Below are positions 48,901 to 61,019 of a DNA stretch of 64,000 bases, in pieces. The notes below the pieces were generated by a model that was not told the DNA's origin, made no database searches, and saw nothing but the letters and a program-made list of their open reading frames with translations. The stretch's first letter is position 1. The number at the start of each line of letters is the position of its first letter. Made by a program: the position numbers and the translations under genes. Origin of the DNA: Agrococcus sp. (GTDB lineage: Bacteria > Actinomycetota > Actinomycetes > Actinomycetales > Microbacteriaceae); NCBI GenBank assembly GCA_031178105.1, contig JAPSJX010000001.1, positions 21,906 through 85,905 on the forward strand. Reading direction: 5' to 3'.

Positions 48901-48980
48901 GCCGCCCCGTCCCTCCTCCGCCGCACGTCCTCGCTGTCCCAGGCCGAGGGCACCGGCACGCCGACGGTGTCGATCGTCAT
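48897..48980 (-). CDS. 27-aa ORF MTIDTVGVPVPSAWDSEDVRRRRDGAA, possible remnant of a deleted GNAT gene
   Basis: Start overlaps the upstream GNAT stop and stop overlaps the downstream GNAT start, both as ATGA. Confidence 0.55.
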   Translation of the reverse strand: MTIDTVGVPVPSAWDSEDVRRRRDGAA

Positions 48981-50053
48981 GGCTGCGCCTTCCACTGCCA
49001 CTGCGCCTCGTAGGCGACCGGCGCGAACCCGGATGCCTCGTTGACCCGGAGCATCGGCCGGTTCTCCTCGGCGTTCCAGGTCACGACCCGCACGAGCTCG
49101 GGGCGCACCTCGCGGAGCCGCGCGAGGTTGTCGAGCTTCATCAGCATGCCGAGGCCGTGGCCGCGGTGCGGCTTCGTCACGAGGGTGTCGTGCTGGCGCG
49201 CGGTCGGACCGGACGCGGGCAGGATCAGCGTCGAGAAGCCGGCCAGCTCACCCGTCGCCCGTTCCCGCGCGGCGACCGTGAGCAGCGAGCGGCCGCCCGC
49301 CTGGATGGTGCGCTCGAACTCGGCGAGCCGCGCCTCGTCCCACACCTCCGGCTCCCACGCGAGGTTGCCGATCGGCGCATCCGTCGACATCCGCTCGTGG
49401 AGCGAGCGCATCGCGGGCCGGTGCTCGGCGGGCGTGCCGCCCGCCCAGCGCACCAGCTCGTACCCGCTGGCACCGGCAGCGGCGGCCGCGAGCCGGGCGT
49501 CGAGGTCGGGCAGGTCGGCGAGGTGGGCGACGCTCACGCGGTAGACCTGCTCGAGCGCGTACCCGCGGCGGACGAGCGGCGCGACCTCCGGATGCTGCGG
49601 GTCGGCGCCGCCGAACCCGCTCGCGGCCGCCACGGCGCCCGTCGCAGCCCCGACGGTCGACATGATGACCGTGGAGCGCCCGGCAGCCGCGGCCAGCTCG
49701 TGGGCGCGCTCGGTGAGCGCCTCGGCGAGCTCGTGCTGCTGGGCCGGATCCAGGTCGCTCGAGAGCTCCGGCTGCGCCTCCACGACGTCGGTCGAGTCGA
49801 GCAGGTTCGAGTAGAGGGTGATGATGCCCACGAGCCGGTCGCCGTCCCACGCGTGCAGGCGGTCGATCCGGTAGTCCGCGTTCGGCTGCAGCGATGCGAG
49901 CAGCTCGACCGGGGTGTTCACGTAGAGGTTGTCGCCGTAGCGCTCGGCGTTGCTGCGCTCGTGGAAGGCGTAGGCGGCACGGAACTCGTCGCCGGCGACG
50001 CCGGGCTCGCCCGGGCTCTCCGGGAGCGTCATGGGTCGGATGTCGATGCGCAT
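48977..50053 (-). CDS. Tandem-domain GNAT family N-acetyltransferase, paralog
   Basis: HRGHGLG, TWNAEENRPMLRVNEASGF. Confidence 0.9.
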   Translation of the reverse strand: MRIDIRPMTLPESPGEPGVAGDEFRAAYAFHERSNAERYGDNLYVNTPVELLASLQPNADYRIDRLHAWDGDRLVGIITLYSNLLDSTDVVEAQPELSSDLDPAQQHELAEALTERAHELAAAAGRSTVIMSTVGAATGAVAAASGFGGADPQHPEVAPLVRRGYALEQVYRVSVAHLADLPDLDARLAAAAAGASGYELVRWAGGTPAEHRPAMRSLHERMSTDAPIGNLAWEPEVWDEARLAEFERTIQAGGRSLLTVAARERATGELAGFSTLILPASGPTARQHDTLVTKPHRGHGLGMLMKLDNLARLREVRPELVRVVTWNAEENRPMLRVNEASGFAPVAYEAQWQWKAQP

Positions 50054-50208
50054 GGGACTCTGCCGCTCGCCCCGGCACCGTGCCGGCGGGCAGCCCTGCA
50101 GACTAGCGCCGCGTCCGCTCCGCGCACAACGGGCGCGGAGCCGTGCTGCTCGAGGGCGTCGAGCAGGAACGCCGACTACAGTCTTGGCCGTCACGATCGG
50201 GAGGTCGC

Positions 50209-52338
<2,130 letters not shown>

Positions 52339-52471
52339 GCCGCGCAGCGGAGCCGATCGTCGAGGTCGCCGCGGGAACGGCCGCCCGCTCCAGGAGCCGT
52401 GCGACCAGCGCGCCGCGGGGCCCGGGGGCCCTCGCCGGGCTACGGTGTTGCGAGCACGAACCGGGAGCCGC

Positions 52472-55400
52472 ATGCACCTCAAGACCCTCACCGTCAAGGG
52501 CTTCAAGTCGTTCGCGCGACCGACGACCTTCCAGTTCGAGCCGGGCGTCACGTGCGTCGTCGGCCCGAACGGGTCGGGCAAGTCGAACGTCGTCGACGCG
52601 CTGGCGTGGGTGATGGGGGAGCAGGGCGCGAAGACGCTCCGCGGCGGCAAGATGGAGGACGTCATCTTCGCGGGCACCGCGACGACCGGACCGCTGGGCC
52701 GCGCGCACGTCGAGCTGACGATCGACAACGCCGACGGCGCGCTGCCCATCGAGTACGCCGAGGTGCAGATCTCTCGCACGCTCTTCCGCAACGGCGGCTC
52801 CGAGTACGCGATCAACGGGGAGTCGTGCCGGCTGCTCGACGTGCAGGAGCTGCTGAGCGATTCCGGGCTCGGTCGCGAGATGCACGTGATCGTCGGGCAG
52901 GGACAGCTCGACAACGTGCTGCAGGCGACGCCGGCGGACCGCCGCGGCTACATCGAGGAGGCCGCCGGCATCCTCAAGCACCGCCGTCGCAAGGAGAAGA
53001 CGCTCCGCAAGCTCGACGCCATGCAGGCGAACCTGACGCGCCTGCAGGACCTGGCGGGCGAGATCCGCCGCCAGCTCAAGCCGCTCGGCCAGCAGGCGGA
53101 GATCGCGAAGGAGGCCGCGACGATCCAGGCGACCGTGCGCGACGCGCGCGCGCGGCTCATGGCGGACGAGGTGATCGGGCTGCGCAAGCAGCTCGAGGCG
53201 GCCGCGCGCTCGGAGTCGGAGCGCAAGTCCGAGCGCATCGTGCTGCAGGAGCAGCTCGAGCAGGCGAAGCTGCGCGCCGGCCGCATCGAGGACTCGATGG
53301 TCGGCGACGATGTGGACCGCGCCCGCACGGTCGCGCACGCGCTCGAGCGCGAGCTCTCGCGCCTCCAGTCTCTGCACGCGCTCGCCGGGCAGCGGCTCGC
53401 GCTGCTCGAGGAGGCGCCCGAGGTCGGTGACGCCGCGCCGCTCATCACGCCCGACATGGTGCAGGCCGCGCGAGACGAGGCCGCCGCGCTGGGCGCTCGC
53501 GTCGCGGATGCCGAGGGCCGCCTGGGCAAGGCAGCCTCGGCGACCGCGCTCGCCCGCGCCGGGCTCGACTCGCTCGACGAGGAGATCGCCGCGCAGGCAG
53601 CGCTCGTCTCGCGGCACGACCTCGAGGCCGCCGCCCATCGCTCGAAGGTCGAGGTGGCGCAGTCGACGCTCGCCGCCCGCGAGGCGGAGGTGGCCCGCCG
53701 CGAGAGCGCGCTCGCGAACGCCGAGCAGCGGCTCGCCGAGGCGCAGGCCGGCGCCGCCGACCTGGGCGACGAGCGGACCGACGGCGACGCCGAGTCGCTC
53801 GCGCAGCGCTACCGCGATGCCGACGACCGGCAGGCGGCGCTCTCCGCCGACCTCGACGAGCGGCGCGAGGCGCTGCACGCGGTCGAGCGGGAGCGCGACG
53901 CGCTCGCTGCACGGACGTCCGCCCTCACCGCGGCGCTCGCGACGGCCAACGCATCCGCCGGGCTCGTCGACGCCGGCCTGCCGGGCCTCGGCGGCCTCGT
54001 CGCCGAGCGCGTGAAGGTCAGGAAGGGCTTCGAGGCCGCGGTCGCCGCCGCCCTCGGCACGCTCGGCGAGGCCGTGCTCGCCGACTCGCGAGAAGCGGCG
54101 GCCGCCGCGATCGAGCACGCGCACGAGGCGGGGCTCGGCCGCATCGAGGCCGTCGTCGCCGACGCCGCGCCCATGCGGCCGGACGTGCGGGTGGTCGAGG
54201 GCGCCGTGCACGCGCCGTCGGTGGTGGATGCGCCGGCCGGCGTGCTCGGCGTGCTCGCCTTCACCTTCGTCGTGGACTCGCTCGAGGCCGCGCAGCAGGC
54301 GGGGCCTGCGATCGCGGCGCTCGAGCTCGGAGCGCCCGTGACGATCGTCACGAGGCGCGGCGACTACGTCAGCGAGTACCTCATGCGGGGCGGCAGCGAC
54401 GACGCCCAGTCGCGGCTCGAGCTGCTGGCCGAGCGGGACGCGGCGACCGAGCGGCTCGATGAGCTCTCGACCGCGATCGAGCGCGAGGCGGGCGCGCTCG
54501 AGGACGCACGGCAGGCGCACCAGCAGGCGAAGCGGGGCGCTCAGGAGGCGCTCGAGGAGCTGCGCGCGCACGACGCGGCGTCGGCGGCGCGCGGCGAGCA
54601 GCGCAGCCGCGCCCGGGCGCGGCTCGAGTCGGCGACCGGCGAGCACCAGCGGGCCGAGGCGGCGCTCGCGGAGGCGCGGCAGGGCATCCGCGAGGCGGCC
54701 GAGGGCGTCGAGGCGGCCCAGCTCGCGCTCGAGCGCTTCCAGGCGAAGCCGCGGCCGATGCTCGACGCCTCGGCGCGCGACGGCATGCTCGAGGAGCTCG
54801 AGGCGGCGCGCACCGCGGAGACGGACCTCCGCATCGAGCTCGAGACCGCGCGCGAGCGGGTGCGCGCCGAGCTCGCGCGCGCCGATTCGCTCGCTCGCGA
54901 CGTCGAGGCGCAGCGCGCCCGCGCCGAGGAGGCCGCGCGTCGTGCTGTGCTGCGCGAGCGGCAGCGCGAGCAGGCCGCTCGCGTGCTCGCGGCGATCCCG
55001 CCCGTGCTCGGGGTCGCCGAGCGCTCCGTGGCCGACGCCCGCGGCGTGCTCGCCGAGCGGGAGGCGGCGCGCCGGGACCGCAACGAGGAGCTCGGCCGGC
55101 TGCGCCGCGACGAGGCGGGGCTGCGCGAGCGCCTCCAGGTGATCACCGAGCACGTGCACGTAGCCGAGATGGAGGCGTACGAGCAGCGGCTGCATCTGTC
55201 GAACCTGCTCGAGCGCGCGGGCAGCGAGCTGGGCCTGACGGAGGCGGTGCTCGTCGCCGAGCACGCGCCCGAGGAGGGCTGGGACCGCAAGGCCGAGCAG
55301 GCGCGGCTGCAGGACGCGGAGCGCAAGCTCGCTCGCCTCGGCCGCGTCAATCCGCTCGCGCTCGAGGAGTTCGCCGCGCTCGAGCAGCGCCACACGTTCC

Positions 55401-55948
55401 TCACCGAGCAGCTCGCCGACCTCGCGAGCACCCGCCGCGACCTCGAGCAGATCATCGCCGACCTCGACGTGACGATGGAGACGATCTTCGCCGCCGCGTT
55501 CGAGGACACCAGGGCAGCCTTCATCGAGGTGTTCCCGATCCTGTTCCCGGGGGGCTCGGGTGCGCTGACCCTCACCGACCCGGACAACATGCTCGAGACG
55601 GGCATCGAGGTGACGGTGCGGCCGGCCGGCAAGAAGATCGACCGCATCTCGCTGCTCTCCGGCGGCGAGCGGTCGCTCGCGGCCGTCGCGCTGATGGTCG
55701 CGATCTTCAAGGCGCGGCCGAGCCCGTTCTACATCATGGACGAGGTCGAGGCGGCGCTCGACGACGCGAACCTCGGCCGGCTCCTCGCGGTCTTCGAGCA
55801 GCTGCGCGAGGCGAGCCAGCTCATCGTCATCACGCACCAGAAGCGCACGATGGAGATCGCGGATGCCCTTTACGGCGTCTCGATGCGCCAGGACGGCGTC
55901 TCGGCGGTCGTCGGCCAGCGCACGGTGCGCGAGCGCGTCGAGGCGTAG
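52472..55948 (+). CDS. smc: Chromosome segregation protein SMC
   Basis: GFKSF, GPNGSGKSN, coiled coils, LSGGE, DEVEAALD. Confidence 0.97.
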   Translation: MHLKTLTVKGFKSFARPTTFQFEPGVTCVVGPNGSGKSNVVDALAWVMGEQGAKTLRGGKMEDVIFAGTATTGPLGRAHVELTIDNADGALPIEYAEVQISRTLFRNGGSEYAINGESCRLLDVQELLSDSGLGREMHVIVGQGQLDNVLQATPADRRGYIEEAAGILKHRRRKEKTLRKLDAMQANLTRLQDLAGEIRRQLKPLGQQAEIAKEAATIQATVRDARARLMADEVIGLRKQLEAAARSESERKSERIVLQEQLEQAKLRAGRIEDSMVGDDVDRARTVAHALERELSRLQSLHALAGQRLALLEEAPEVGDAAPLITPDMVQAARDEAAALGARVADAEGRLGKAASATALARAGLDSLDEEIAAQAALVSRHDLEAAAHRSKVEVAQSTLAAREAEVARRESALANAEQRLAEAQAGAADLGDERTDGDAESLAQRYRDADDRQAALSADLDERREALHAVERERDALAARTSALTAALATANASAGLVDAGLPGLGGLVAERVKVRKGFEAAVAAALGTLGEAVLADSREAAAAAIEHAHEAGLGRIEAVVADAAPMRPDVRVVEGAVHAPSVVDAPAGVLGVLAFTFVVDSLEAAQQAGPAIAALELGAPVTIVTRRGDYVSEYLMRGGSDDAQSRLELLAERDAATERLDELSTAIEREAGALEDARQAHQQAKRGAQEALEELRAHDAASAARGEQRSRARARLESATGEHQRAEAALAEARQGIREAAEGVEAAQLALERFQAKPRPMLDASARDGMLEELEAARTAETDLRIELETARERVRAELARADSLARDVEAQRARAEEAARRAVLRERQREQAARVLAAIPPVLGVAERSVADARGVLAEREAARRDRNEELGRLRRDEAGLRERLQVITEHVHVAEMEAYEQRLHLSNLLERAGSELGLTEAVLVAEHAPEEGWDRKAEQARLQDAERKLARLGRVNPLALEEFAALEQRHTFLTEQLADLASTRRDLEQIIADLDVTMETIFAAAFEDTRAAFIEVFPILFPGGSGALTLTDPDNMLETGIEVTVRPAGKKIDRISLLSGGERSLAAVALMVAIFKARPSPFYIMDEVEAALDDANLGRLLAVFEQLREASQLIVITHQKRTMEIADALYGVSMRQDGVSAVVGQRTVRERVEA

Positions 55949-56000
55949 CGCTCGCGGAGTGCCATGAGTCCTGCACAGGGCGAGGTGAATCCAGGCACGC

Positions 56001-56057
56001 TGTCACCAGCAGAGGTGGTCCTCAATGAGATTCGTGCCGACGACCTCTGCCCGTGAC
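56001..56057. repeat. ~57-bp imperfect palindrome, REP-like family copy 1
   Basis: TGTCACCAGCAGAGGT...ACCTCTGCCCGTGAC. Confidence 0.6.
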
Positions 56058-56062
56058 GTCGT

Positions 56063-56734
56063 TCACCGCAGAGCCGACATGACGAAGACGGCCCCTTCGC
56101 CGTAGATGTCGTCGATCGCGGCCTGCACGGAGCCGTCGTCGTACGTGACGTGGAGCACGACCGTGCCCGGCCCGTCCCAGTTGCCCAGCATGTTCGGCCC
56201 CCGGATCGTCGAGAGATCCTCCTGCACGGCGGCGATCATCGCCTCGTCGAGCTCGCCCGGCGGCGGCGTCTCTGGTTGCGCAAGGTCGATCACGGCGAGG
56301 CTCATCGGCTCGCCCGTCTGCGTGAACGTCTGCGCCGTCGCGTCGTAGGTGACCTCGACAGCGAAGTCCTGCTCCCAGCGGACACCGTCTGCCTCCTTGG
56401 GATCGGCAGCCGCCCAGTCCCAACCGAGGAGCTCCAGGCCAGCACACTGCGGGGGCCGCGACTCCTGAACGAAGCCGACGCAGAGCACCGGCCGGCCCTC
56501 CTGCTCGAGCACCGTGCCGATCGCCAGCACCGGCTCTGTGGCGCTCGGCGTCGGCAGATCGGCGAGTCGAGCCTGCGCGTCGGGGCCGGTGCCGACGGGC
56601 GCGGCTAGGGCGTTCGGGGCGTCCGATGCGCCGGGCGGCTCCGAGGTGTCGGGGCCCGAGCCCGGTGTCGCGCAGCCGGTGAGCGCGATGACGAGCGCGG
56701 CTGCCGCGATGCCGCCTGAGCGCAGACTGCTCAT
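56063..56734 (-). CDS. Hypothetical lipoprotein, tandem paralog B
   Basis: Lipobox LTGC; shares long identical blocks with the adjacent gene. Confidence 0.8.
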   Translation of the reverse strand: MSSLRSGGIAAAALVIALTGCATPGSGPDTSEPPGASDAPNALAAPVGTGPDAQARLADLPTPSATEPVLAIGTVLEQEGRPVLCVGFVQESRPPQCAGLELLGWDWAAADPKEADGVRWEQDFAVEVTYDATAQTFTQTGEPMSLAVIDLAQPETPPPGELDEAMIAAVQEDLSTIRGPNMLGNWDGPGTVVLHVTYDDGSVQAAIDDIYGEGAVFVMSALR

Positions 56735-56738
56735 AGTC

Positions 56739-57407
56739 TCAGCGCAGCGCAGGCACCACGAAGACGACCCCGTCGCCGTAGATGTCGTCGATCGCGGCCT
56801 GCACGGAGCCGTCGTCGTACGTGACGTTCAGCACGACGGTGCCGCGCTCGCCCCAGCTGCCGAGCATGTTCGGTCCCTCGATGGTGGCGAGGTCCTCCTG
56901 GACGGCGGCGATGGTGGCCTCGTCCAGGGCGCCCTCCGGCGTCTCGATCGCGGGCAGCTGGATGGCGGCGGCGCTCATCGGCTCGCCTGTCCGCGTGAAG
57001 GTCTGCGCCTCCGCATCGTAGGTGCCCTCGATCGCGACGCCCTGCACCCAGCGGACGCCGCCGGTCTCCTCGTGCTCGAACGCCGACCAGTCCCAGCCGA
57101 GCAGCTCGGGCCCGTCGCACTGCGGCGGCGCCGATTCGGCGACGGCACCGACGCACAGGATGGCTCCGCCGTCCTGCTCGAGCACCGTCGCGATCGCGAG
57201 CACGGGCTCGGTCGCGCTCGGCGTCGGCAGGTCGGCGAGCCGGGCCCGCGCGTCCGAGCCGGTGACGACCGGGGCGGCGGGGGCGGTGGGGCTGTCGCTC
57301 GCGCCCGGCGACGCGGGCGCGTCGGGCGCGGAGCCGGCCGTCGCGCAACCGGCGAGACCGATGGTGAGCACGGCGGCTGCGATGCCGCCCAGCACGAGAG
57401 TCCTCAT
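56739..57407 (-). CDS. Hypothetical lipoprotein, tandem paralog A
   Basis: Lipobox LAGC; TACCGT -10 box 6 nt before the ATG. Confidence 0.8.
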   Translation of the reverse strand: MRTLVLGGIAAAVLTIGLAGCATAGSAPDAPASPGASDSPTAPAAPVVTGSDARARLADLPTPSATEPVLAIATVLEQDGGAILCVGAVAESAPPQCDGPELLGWDWSAFEHEETGGVRWVQGVAIEGTYDAEAQTFTRTGEPMSAAAIQLPAIETPEGALDEATIAAVQEDLATIEGPNMLGSWGERGTVVLNVTYDDGSVQAAIDDIYGDGVVFVVPALR

Positions 57408-57534
57408 AAATCCACGGTAGGTCGGCGGTGCCGGAAGCACAGCCCAACGTTCGTGCCGAGTCGGTCGTCAGCGGTTGCCGTGCCGGATCGGCATCGCGCG
57501 CCGAGGTCATGGAAGGCGGAGCATCGGGCCGGGC

Positions 57535-57590
57535 GACACCACGGGAGGAGCGATCGTCCTCCGCTCGGAGGAACTCCTCTGCTCGTGAAC
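57535..57590. repeat. ~56-bp imperfect palindrome, REP-like family copy 2
   Basis: GACACCACGGGAGGAG...CTCCTCTGCTCGTGAAC. Confidence 0.5.
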
Positions 57591-57608
57591 TGCGGCACGG
57601 TGCCACCG

Positions 57609-58985
57609 TCAGCGCGGCAGCCGCCCCTCGTGCAGCACGCCCTGCGGATCGGCGGCGTCGCGGATCGCGCGCAGCCGCGCGACGTCGTCGGCGGTCGCGC
57701 AGCGCTCGAGCGTGTCGTCCTCGCCGAGGAAGGTCGGCACCATCCGCTCGGACGCGTGCGGTCGCAGGCGTGCATCGAGACCGGCGAGGATCGCGGCGAC
57801 CACCCCGGGCGGCGTCTCGGGGGCGGCTTCGACCAGGCCCATCGACAGCCACGAGGCACCCGCGAGCGTCGCGAAGCCCGGTCGCTGCGGTGCGTCGAGC
57901 GCACCCCCGAGCATGCGCAGCTCGACGTCGATGAGCGCGGCCTGCTCGGGCAGCCCGCGCCACTCGAGCAGATCGTCGATCGATGCATCCGGGAGCGCGT
58001 CGAGCGCGATCGAGCGGACATGGCTCGGTGCCGGATCGGGCTCCACCGCCTCCGCGGCCAGCGCCGCTTGGGTCGTCGCCCCGACCCGGTCCTCGAGCGG
58101 CGTCGCCACCGTGCGCAGGGCGGCGAGCGCCGCGAGGTCCGACTCGTCCCGCGCGAGCACGTCGACGCTCGTGAAGCTGCGCCCGCGCACCTCCTCGGGC
58201 AGCATCGGCGCATCCGGCAGGCGCATCGACGAGACGAAGAGCCCGAGCCCCTCGGGCGCATCCGCCGCCGCGTCGCGCACCGCGCGCAGCACCGCGGGCC
58301 CGTCGTCGGCGGAGAACAGGAGCGAGCCGCCGAAGAGCGCGGGCGCCTCGAGCAGGTCGATCTCGAGCTCGGTCACGATGCCGACCGCGCCCCCGCCGCC
58401 GCGGAGGGCCCACATGGTGTCGGAGTGGGATGCGTCGTCGACGCGCTCGTGCGTGCCGTCGGGTCGCACGATCCACGCCGCGCGGAGCGACTGCGCGCCG
58501 AGCCCGGCCCAGCGGCTCAGCCACGAGTGGCCGCCGCTCAGCAGGTAGCCGGCGGGGCTCACGGCCCGGCTCGTGCCGGAGGGGACGACGAGGCCCGTGC
58601 CCTCGAGCGCCCGGATCACGGTGCCCCACTGCACGCCCGCACCGACGACCGCGGTGCGTGCATCCACGTCGACCTCGAGCCGGTCGAAGGCGGTGGGACG
58701 CGTGAGGATGGACCCCTCGAGCGCGCTCGAGGCGCCGTGCCCGTTGGGTTGCACGGTCAGGGTGGCGCCGCTGTCGCGGGCGAAGGCGAGCAGTGCACGC
58801 ACGTCGTCGATCCCCGACGGGTGCGCGATCGCGACCGGCCGTTGGTCGATGGCGAGGTTCCAGGGCATGCGCTCGGCGTCGTAGTCGGCGGCACCGGGGG
58901 TGACCAGGCGGCCCTGGAGGGTCGTGGCGAGCGAGGCGAGGGAGGCCTGAGCGGCAGGCGCGCCGTCACGCTGTTCCGTCGTCAT
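57609..58985 (-). CDS. FAD-binding oxidoreductase (FAD_binding_4/BBE-like)
   Basis: RPVAIAHP, QPNGHG, GAGVQW, GYLLSGG, WALRGGG. Confidence 0.88.
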   Translation of the reverse strand: MTTEQRDGAPAAQASLASLATTLQGRLVTPGAADYDAERMPWNLAIDQRPVAIAHPSGIDDVRALLAFARDSGATLTVQPNGHGASSALEGSILTRPTAFDRLEVDVDARTAVVGAGVQWGTVIRALEGTGLVVPSGTSRAVSPAGYLLSGGHSWLSRWAGLGAQSLRAAWIVRPDGTHERVDDASHSDTMWALRGGGGAVGIVTELEIDLLEAPALFGGSLLFSADDGPAVLRAVRDAAADAPEGLGLFVSSMRLPDAPMLPEEVRGRSFTSVDVLARDESDLAALAALRTVATPLEDRVGATTQAALAAEAVEPDPAPSHVRSIALDALPDASIDDLLEWRGLPEQAALIDVELRMLGGALDAPQRPGFATLAGASWLSMGLVEAAPETPPGVVAAILAGLDARLRPHASERMVPTFLGEDDTLERCATADDVARLRAIRDAADPQGVLHEGRLPR

Positions 58986-59047
58986 GCGCGCGACCGTACT
59001 CCGTGCGGCCGACGCCCGCCAGGCCGTGGAGGTGCGAGGATCGACGG

Positions 59048-60175
59048 GTGACCGACCGCGACGCGCTCTTCGCCTGCCTGCGCCGGTGGCCCGACGTCGA
59101 GGACCCGGACCTGCAGGCGCACGACGCGAGCGACGCGCTGATCCTGGACCAGGCGGTCGAGGGGCGCATGCCCGCAGAGGTCGTGGTGATCGGCGACCGC
59201 CACGGCGCGCTCACGCTCGGCGCGCTGCACGACGGGGCCGAGCACGTGCGCGTGCACCAGGACTCGATCGTGGGGGAGCGCGCGCTCGACGCCAACGCGG
59301 CCGCGCTCGGCATGTCGGGCTTCACGCATCACGCGCTCGACGCGTCGCTCGTCGAGGGGGCGCGCCTTGTGCTGCTGCAGCTGCCCCGCTCGCTCGACGA
59401 GCTGGACGAGATCGCCGAGCTCGTCGCGACGCACGCCGACGAGCGCGTCGTGCTCGTCGCCGGCGGCCGCGTCAAGCACATGTCGATGAGCATGAACGCG
59501 CTGCTCGGCCGCAGCTTCGGCAGCGTGCACGCGTCGCTCGGATGGCGCAAGTCGCGCGTGCTGCGCGCCATGGATCCGCGCCGGCCCGGCATCAGCTGGC
59601 CGCGCAGCCGCACGCACGAGATCGCGGGGGCGCCGCTCACCGTGGTCGCACACGGCGGCGCGTTCGCGGGCACGTCGATCGACATCGGCGCGCAGACGCT
59701 GCTCGCGCACCTCCCGGAGGTCATCCACCGCGTGCGGCCGGACGCGCCGGAGGTCGTCGACCTCGCGTGCGGCACGGGCGTCCTGGCCGCCGCCCTCGCG
59801 CTCGCCCGCCCGGAGATCCGGGTGCTCGCGACGGATGCCTCCGCTGCCGCGGTCGCGTCAGCGCGGGCGACGGCGGCGGCGAACGGCGTCGAGGACCGCG
59901 TCGTCGTGCGGCAGGCGGACGGCCTCGAGCAGGTGCCCGACGCATCCGCGCCGCTGATCCTGCTCAACCCGCCGTTCCACATCGGTGCCGCCGTGCACAC
60001 GGGCATCGCGGAGCGGCTCATCGCCGACGCCGGCCGCGCGCTCGCGCCGGGCGGCGAGCTGTGGTGCGTGTGGAACGGGCACCTCGGCTACCGGCCGCTG
60101 CTCGATCGGATCGGTGCGACGCGTCAGGTCTCGCGCAACGCGAAGTTCGTCGTCACCGCGACCCGGCGCCGCTGA
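59048..60175 (+). CDS. Class I SAM-dependent methyltransferase (RlmG/RsmC-like)
   Basis: LQAHDASD, DLACGTG, NPPFH. Confidence 0.88.
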   Translation: MTDRDALFACLRRWPDVEDPDLQAHDASDALILDQAVEGRMPAEVVVIGDRHGALTLGALHDGAEHVRVHQDSIVGERALDANAAALGMSGFTHHALDASLVEGARLVLLQLPRSLDELDEIAELVATHADERVVLVAGGRVKHMSMSMNALLGRSFGSVHASLGWRKSRVLRAMDPRRPGISWPRSRTHEIAGAPLTVVAHGGAFAGTSIDIGAQTLLAHLPEVIHRVRPDAPEVVDLACGTGVLAAALALARPEIRVLATDASAAAVASARATAAANGVEDRVVVRQADGLEQVPDASAPLILLNPPFHIGAAVHTGIAERLIADAGRALAPGGELWCVWNGHLGYRPLLDRIGATRQVSRNAKFVVTATRRR

Positions 60176-60194
60176 CCCGACGCGACGGCGGGTC
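60174..60194. terminator. Hairpin between convergent methyltransferase and alkA
   Basis: GACCCG-ACGCGACGG-CGGGTC. Confidence 0.45.
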
Positions 60195-60196
60195 GT

Positions 60197-61012
60197 TCAG
60201 GCGGCCGCCGCCCAGCAGCGCAGCATGAGCGCCGACCGGTGGCCGGCGCAGTCGGCCGCGAAGGCGGCGAGAGCGGCCACGTCGTCACCGATGCCGAGCC
60301 GCCTGGCGCCCTTCCGCACGGCGACGTCGCCGAGCAGCAGCACGTCGGGGTCGCCGAGCCGCAGCGACAGGTAGCCCACGGTCCACGGCCCGATGCCCTT
60401 CAGCTCCAGCAGCTGCGCGCGCATCAGCTCGAGGTCGGCGGCGGGGGAGACGTCGATCGCGCCTGCCGCGACCGCCTCGGCCGCCCGGCGCACGGTCGCC
60501 GTCTTCGCGGCCGGGCCGCGCAGCACGCCGGCGCCGGCGGCGACCTGCGCCATGGTCGGGAAGCAGCGCTCGATCCCCGCGGCGGCGAGCATCGGCGGCA
60601 GCGCGTCGCCCAGCGCGCCGAGCAGCGCGAGCTGCTGCGTCGCGGCGACGACGCTGATCTGCTGCCCGACGATCGCGCGCACGAGCATCTCGTGCGCGTC
60701 GGCGGCGCCCGGCTGGGCCAGGGCGGGCCGCGCGGCGATCGCGGCCGCGAGCGCCGGCACGCCGTGCCGCTCCGCTGCCCACGTGAGCCGCGCATCCGCC
60801 TCGGCGCGCGCATCCGTGCCGTCGGCCGCGCGATCGAGGTCGAACACGCGCGCCAGGTCGGGATCGGAGGTCGTGGCGACGTCGTCGACGACCGCGGCGG
60901 TCGCCACCCTGGGGCCGGGCAGCGCGCGGCGGTAGCCGTCGGCAGCGACGACCTCGACACCCGGCACCGCGCGCGGCGCGAGCCACGCGAGGATGCCGGA
61001 CGCCCCGGTCAC
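60197..61012 (-). CDS. alkA: DNA-3-methyladenine glycosylase II-like (AlkA, no Ada domain)
   Basis: RAVPGVE, RAIVGQQISV, FPT, HhH LKGIGPWT, DPD. Confidence 0.85.
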   Translation of the reverse strand: MTGASGILAWLAPRAVPGVEVVAADGYRRALPGPRVATAAVVDDVATTSDPDLARVFDLDRAADGTDARAEADARLTWAAERHGVPALAAAIAARPALAQPGAADAHEMLVRAIVGQQISVVAATQQLALLGALGDALPPMLAAAGIERCFPTMAQVAAGAGVLRGPAAKTATVRRAAEAVAAGAIDVSPAADLELMRAQLLELKGIGPWTVGYLSLRLGDPDVLLLGDVAVRKGARRLGIGDDVAALAAFAADCAGHRSALMLRCWAAAA

Positions 61013-61019
61013 CCGTCGG

